Shown here piece after piece: positions 59,896 to 64,000 of a stretch of DNA of 64,000 nucleotides. Position numbers and translations under genes: made by a program. The notes below the pieces were generated by a model, which had not been told where the DNA came from, did not search any database, and saw only the letters and a program-made list of their open reading frames with translations. The DNA lies in assembly GCA_963831935.1 (NCBI GenBank), contig CAWHSH010000014.1:192353-256352 (forward strand), written 5' to 3'. The stretch comes from an uncultured Bacteroidales bacterium. Lineage in GTDB: Bacteria; Bacteroidota; Bacteroidia; Bacteroidales; VadinHA17. The number at the start of each line of letters is the position of its first letter. Position 1 is the first letter of the stretch.

Positions 59896-60600
59896 TTATT
59901 CAAAATGAAATGCAATGATCCAGATCTGCGAGTGCATTCTCTTTATAGCATCTACATACTCCGGATAACCCGAAGCAGGATCATGGACAAGCACATCACG
60001 GAGGCCGTTCGACATTTTAAGTTCCACTGAGAGCTTGAAATAAGGCAGATAGAAATCAAATCCGGCTCCAAACTCATAATAAAGATCCGATCTTCTCAGA
60101 CGTAAGTAGACCTGCTTATCGACATCATAATCTTTTTTCCCGGCAAGGTCGTACCGGTAGTTAATGCCACCTATGATGTATGGCCTGACATTATTCAGCC
60201 TGGCACCCTTGTACTTCAGCAATAAAGGAAATTCCAGAAAAGAGGATTCAATTCTCTGCCGCTCATCATAAAGGGTTCCGTCCAGATAATATCTTATATT
60301 CCTCTGTCCGAAAGCGACACCCGGGAGGAATCTCAGATCAAAATACTTATGCAGTTTCAAATTAGAAATAATCTGAATATTAATTCCGGGATTGAGCAAC
60401 GTTACTTCAGGAAGCAAAGGGGAAATGCCTGATTTGGTAATGTTAAAGTCCATTATGTTGCCACCCAGGCTAAATCCAAAATGCAGCGGCTTATCGTCGT
60501 ACCATGAATCATTTTTAGGTTTCTGCTTCTGACTGAACGAATTAGCATGTACCAGCAGCAATAAAACTGTAAAAATGGTATATATAAATTTTCTTCTCAA
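59896..60600 (-). CDS. PorT-family outer-membrane beta-barrel protein (T9SS-associated family)
   Basis: Intact 234-aa ORF with a signal peptide, alternating beta-strand pattern and C-terminal ...WIIAFHFE. The ubiE-porT adjacency is common in Bacteroidota. Confidence 0.55.
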   Translation of the reverse strand: MRRKFIYTIFTVLLLLVHANSFSQKQKPKNDSWYDDKPLHFGFSLGGNIMDFNITKSGISPLLPEVTLLNPGINIQIISNLKLHKYFDLRFLPGVAFGQRNIRYYLDGTLYDERQRIESSFLEFPLLLKYKGARLNNVRPYIIGGINYRYDLAGKKDYDVDKQVYLRLRRSDLYYEFGAGFDFYLPYFKLSVELKMSNGLRDVLVHDPASGYPEYVDAIKRMHSQIWIIAFHFE

Positions 60601-60663
60601 AATTCAGCGGGCGGGGTGATTTGTTTCCAATTAATAAACTGCTACGAAATCCAATTATTGTAT

Positions 60664-61380
60664 TCAATCTTTAATACCTGTATAAATACTTGCAATACCA
60701 TTTGTGAGTCTGGTATGACTGATCCCTGAAAATCCGGCTTTCCTCATCAGCTCAATGAATTCCTCACCTGAGGGAAATCCCATAACAGATTCATTCAGAT
60801 AACTGTATGCTTTCCTGTTTTTAGAAAAAAATCCTCCTATTGTCGGAAGAAACTTTCTGAAATAAAAGTTATATGCATGTTTGAAAAAATGACCGTCGGG
60901 TTTTGAAAATTCCAGAACCATTGTCATTCCGCCTTTGCGCAAAACTCTTCTCATTTCGGAAAGACCTTTTAACGGATCTGAGAAATTCCTGACCCCAAAT
61001 GCAACCATTGCCACATCGAATGTATTATCTTCAAAACAGATGTTCTCAGAATCGCACTTTATGAATTCTATCAAACCGGTCAAACCTTTATCCTGAGCTT
61101 TTCTTTTCCCGAGATCAAGCATTTTTTCTGAAATATCGATTCCTGTTATCTTTACCGGATCGAGTTTTACCGCATCAAACGCAAGATCGCCGGTACCGGT
61201 TGCCACATCAATGATATTCGGGTTCTTATGAGTCTCAGAAATTATGCTGATCGCCCTTTTTCTCCACGAACGGTCTATTCCGAATGAAAGAAGATGATTC
61301 AGAAAGTCGTACCTCCAGGCAATTGAATCAAACATTGGTCCGACCTCAGCTTTATATTTGTTATGGCCTGTTTCCTTCAA
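60664..61380 (-). CDS. ubiE: Demethylmenaquinone / ubiquinone-menaquinone methyltransferase
   Basis: Intact 238-aa ORF: MFDSIAWRYDFLNHLLSFGIDRSWR..., SAM motif DVATGTGDLA. Confidence 0.9.
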   Translation of the reverse strand: MKETGHNKYKAEVGPMFDSIAWRYDFLNHLLSFGIDRSWRKRAISIISETHKNPNIIDVATGTGDLAFDAVKLDPVKITGIDISEKMLDLGKRKAQDKGLTGLIEFIKCDSENICFEDNTFDVAMVAFGVRNFSDPLKGLSEMRRVLRKGGMTMVLEFSKPDGHFFKHAYNFYFRKFLPTIGGFFSKNRKAYSYLNESVMGFPSGEEFIELMRKAGFSGISHTRLTNGIASIYTGIKD

Positions 61381-61506
61381 TTAACAGCCGCATAAATAAA
61401 AGTGTAAAGATAGGTTTTTAAGGGAAATAGTGATATCGCCTCACCGGACACGACTACATCAATTAAAATTTCTAAATTTGAATAAACGTAAAGTCAGGTC
61501 AAACGC

Positions 61507-61598
61507 ATGAAATATCCATGATAAAAAAGTATAATCACAAACCGAAATGATTATTCATGGATATTCCATCTGACCATTAAAAAACAAATTATAAACAG
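61507..61598 (+). promoter_or_regulatory. Structured 5' leader/promoter module, copy 2 (empty site relative to 9561..9672)
   Basis: atgaaatatccatgataaaaaagtataatcacaaaccgaaatgattattcatggatattccatctgaccattaaaaaacaaattataaacag ATG. 88 of 92 positions identical to copy 1 (hand alignment, gapless apart from the 20-bp insertion in copy 1). Confidence 0.7.
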
Positions 61599-62358
61599 AT
61601 GAAAAAAACTATAATGATCACCGGCGCCACGGCCGGATTTGGATGGGCAACAGCAGTAAAATTTGCTGAAAACGGATACGATATAATAATCACAGGGAGA
61701 AGAAAGGACACGATTGGATAAGCTTGAAAAAGAACTATCCGGTCAGAATGCAAAGGTATTGTCTTTGAATTTCGATGTCAGGAACAAATCTGAAGTAGAA
61801 TCCACAGTCAGAGATCTGCCTGCAGAATGGAGGAACATTGATATCCTTGTCAACAATGCAGGTCTTGCTGTCGGACTTGCTCACATTGACGACGGTGACA
61901 CTGAAGATTGGGACAGGATGATCGATACCAATGTGAAAGGACTCCTTTACGTGACGAGGGCAATTGCCCCTTTGATGGTAGCAAGGAATACCGGCCATAT
62001 TTTCAACATATCGTCGATTGCAGGCAAAGAGGTCTACGAAAACGGAAATGTATATTGTGCATCAAAGCATGCAGTGGATGCCCTGTCGAAAGCAATGAGG
62101 ATAGATCTTCTAAGACATAATATCAGGGTCACAAATATAGCTCCCGGAATGGCTTTAACAGAGTTCTCACTTGTCAGGTTTAAAGGTGACAGGGAGAAAG
62201 CGGATGAGGTTTATAAGGGAGTTGAAGCCCTGACTGCCGGCGATATTGCAGATGTAATTTATTTTTGCGCAACCCTCCCGGACCGTGTCTGCATAAATGA
62301 CATCGCAATTACACCGACACAGCAGGCAGCAGTCGGGAAGGTTTATCTCAAATTGTGA
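61599..62358 (+). CDS. SDR-family NAD(P)-dependent oxidoreductase (YdfG-like); 1 frame change near 61710
   Basis: MKKTIMITGATAGFGWATAVKF (TGxxxGxG), then ORF 61714..62358 with NNAG and YCASKHAV (YxxxK). Confidence 0.85.
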
Positions 62359-62449
62359 GAGCGGCTTGAAATGTTACGGCGTGACGGCGTGACGGAGCAA
62401 AAGCTAAGAAGTCCAGAATATAAATTTGAACATAAAACCAGTTATTATC

Positions 62450-64000
62450 ATGAAAAAAAATTCAACTCGTTTGTTTGCAAGTTTTATCCTTGTGATGTTT
62501 TGCCAGTCCTTCACTTCGGGAATTGACACAAACAATACCAGAATGATGGCACAACCTGCAATTAGTGCAAAGAATATTGCTTTCGTCTATGCTGAAGACC
62601 TCTGGATTGCCAGTCCTGACGGATCGCAACCCAGGCGTCTGACTGTTGATGAAGGAATTGAATCAAATCCTTTCTTTTCGCCTGATGGAAAACTTATTGC
62701 CTTCAGCGCTCAATATGACGGGAATACTGATGTTTTCGTTATCCCTGCCGAGGGAGGCGTTCCGGTGAGGCTCACATGGCATCCCGGGTACGATGTGGTA
62801 AAAGGATTCACACCTGATGGCACCAGCGTACTTTTTACTTCTCAACGTTATGCTTTCACCAACAGGTATTCTCAGCTTTACACGGTGAGTGTAAAGGGAG
62901 GTTTTCCCGAAAAACTTAAAATACCAAATGCCTACAATGCATGCTATTCACCCGACGGCAAATCGATGGCTTATACTCCGCTTTCCCCGGCTTATCAGCA
63001 GTGGAAAAATTACAGGGGAGGAAGAATATCTACAATCTGGATATATTCGTTCGCTGATAATTCTGTTATTGCTATCCCCAAGCCAAAAGAGGGCTGTAAT
63101 GATGATAATCCGATGTGGACCGGCGATGCAATTTATTTTCTCAGCGACAGGAACGGAGAATTCAACCTGTTTTCATATGATATAAGAAGCAGGGAAATCA
63201 AACAGCTTACCTCATTTACCGATTTCCCCGTAATAAGGGCATCGATGGGGAACAATCAGATCATTTTTGAACAGGAAGGTTATCTGCACACCTTCGATAT
63301 AAAATCAAATTCTGAAAAAAAGCTTACTATCGCGATTGCGGCTGATCTGCTTGATCTCAGACCCAGATTTGTTCAGGGTACCAATAACATCCGGAGCGCT
63401 GATATCTCTCCGGCAGGTTCCAGGGTTGTGTTTGACTTCAGAGGCGACATTATAACGATCCCGGCAGAAAAAGGAGATCCAAGAAACCTTACCCTGACCA
63501 CCAATGCTCATGAAATTTATCCTTCATGGTCACCTGACGGGAAAACAATTGCTTACCTGTCGGATGCTTCCGGAGAGTATATGCTCCAGCTTGAATCACA
63601 GGATGGAAAAGGTGAACCTAAATCGATAAAGCTGACAGGAAACGGTTTCTATGCATTCCCGGAATGGTCGCCGGATAGCAGGAAGATTGCATATGTTGAC
63701 AATAGCAGAAATCTGTACATTCTTGATATCCCGTCAAATACAATAAGAAAAATAGACTCTGATGAAATTTATTTTCCCGGAGCCTTCAGGAATATTTTCA
63801 GCGACTGGTCTCCCGATTCAAAATGGATTGTTTATACAAAGGTCCTGGAGACTAATTTCAGGATGGTTTATCTTTATTCAGTTGACCAGCAGAAGTCCTT
63901 TCCCGTTACTGATGGTTTAAGCGATGCCACCGAGCCAAAATTTGACAGTAATGGAAAATATATTTATTTCTTTTCTTCAACTGATGCAGGTCCGGTTCTC
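62450..64000 (+). CDS. Tricorn-protease-homolog / S41-family peptidase, N-terminal beta-propeller part; runs off the right window edge
   Basis: Open frame from ATG 62450 to the window end (not in the ORF track because it has no stop). Signal peptide, then repeated PD40-like motifs (FSPDGKLIAFSA, YSPDGKSMAY, WSPDGKTIAYLSD, WSPDSRKIAYVD, WSPDSKWIVY). Confidence 0.7.
   Translation, partial: MKKNSTRLFASFILVMFCQSFTSGIDTNNTRMMAQPAISAKNIAFVYAEDLWIASPDGSQPRRLTVDEGIESNPFFSPDGKLIAFSAQYDGNTDVFVIPAEGGVPVRLTWHPGYDVVKGFTPDGTSVLFTSQRYAFTNRYSQLYTVSVKGGFPEKLKIPNAYNACYSPDGKSMAYTPLSPAYQQWKNYRGGRISTIWIYSFADNSVIAIPKPKEGCNDDNPMWTGDAIYFLSDRNGEFNLFSYDIRSREIKQLTSFTDFPVIRASMGNNQIIFEQEGYLHTFDIKSNSEKKLTIAIAADLLDLRPRFVQGTNNIRSADISPAGSRVVFDFRGDIITIPAEKGDPRNLTLTTNAHEIYPSWSPDGKTIAYLSDASGEYMLQLESQDGKGEPKSIKLTGNGFYAFPEWSPDSRKIAYVDNSRNLYILDIPSNTIRKIDSDEIYFPGAFRNIFSDWSPDSKWIVYTKVLETNFRMVYLYSVDQQKSFPVTDGLSDATEPKFDSNGKYIYFFSSTDAGPVL

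Noticed and set aside
61486-61496. The 9-mer AAGTCAGGT lies upstream of both leader copies (also at ~9692..9702, and as AAGTCAGG at ~12021). It could extend the duplicated module.
   Set aside because: Spacing to the module differs (7 versus 26 nt). An 8-9-mer is expected to recur by chance about once or twice in 128 kb of two-strand sequence. The evidence is insufficient.

Overview
This 64-kb window looks like a Bacteroidota (Bacteroidales-like) chromosome, probably from a metagenome or long-read assembly. The call rests on gene content and order: PorT, an S46 peptidase, a 7TMR-DISM kinase, TAnnTTTG-type promoters and DUF3467 after rpoC. The right-centre holds a conserved minus-strand housekeeping block: rpsU, Xer-like recombinase, hpf, tRNA-Thr/Tyr/Gly/Thr, tuf, tRNA-Trp, secE, nusG, rplK-A-J-L, rpoB, rpoC, DUF3467.

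The left half is metabolic and accessory:
- GntP permease and KDPG aldolase.
- A same-strand sugar cluster: GH29 fucosidase, HEAT/DUF1080 protein, TAT-exported Gfo/Idh/MocA oxidoreductase, MFS transporter, ROK kinase.
- Malic enzyme and an NfeD/SPFH pair.
- A glycyl-radical enzyme with its activase.
- An M3 peptidase translationally coupled to a 7TMR-DISM histidine kinase.
- A Crp/Fnr regulator divergent from a perfect GTAAC-N4-GTTAC palindrome, an Fe-S protein and a ~1,400-aa double-ATPase activase fusion. This is my best candidate for an uncharacterised system.

I saw no rRNA, CRISPR array, transposase, prophage or recognisable defence island.

Many genes, including rpoB and rpoC, are split by frame changes. 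Where I could localise them, two of three sit in short A/T runs. I therefore treat most as assembly indels rather than real pseudogenes, and I give whole-gene spans for them.

Intergenic DNA carries several short-repeat families:
- CTCTGTG/CACAGAG long hairpins (4 copies).
- GC-rich CCCCC...GGGGG hairpins (more than 10 copies).
- A 92-bp structured leader duplicated in front of two unrelated oxidoreductase genes. One copy carries a 20-bp GC-hairpin insertion, giving a filled-versus-empty site pair.

All repeat searches were done by eye, so more copies may exist.
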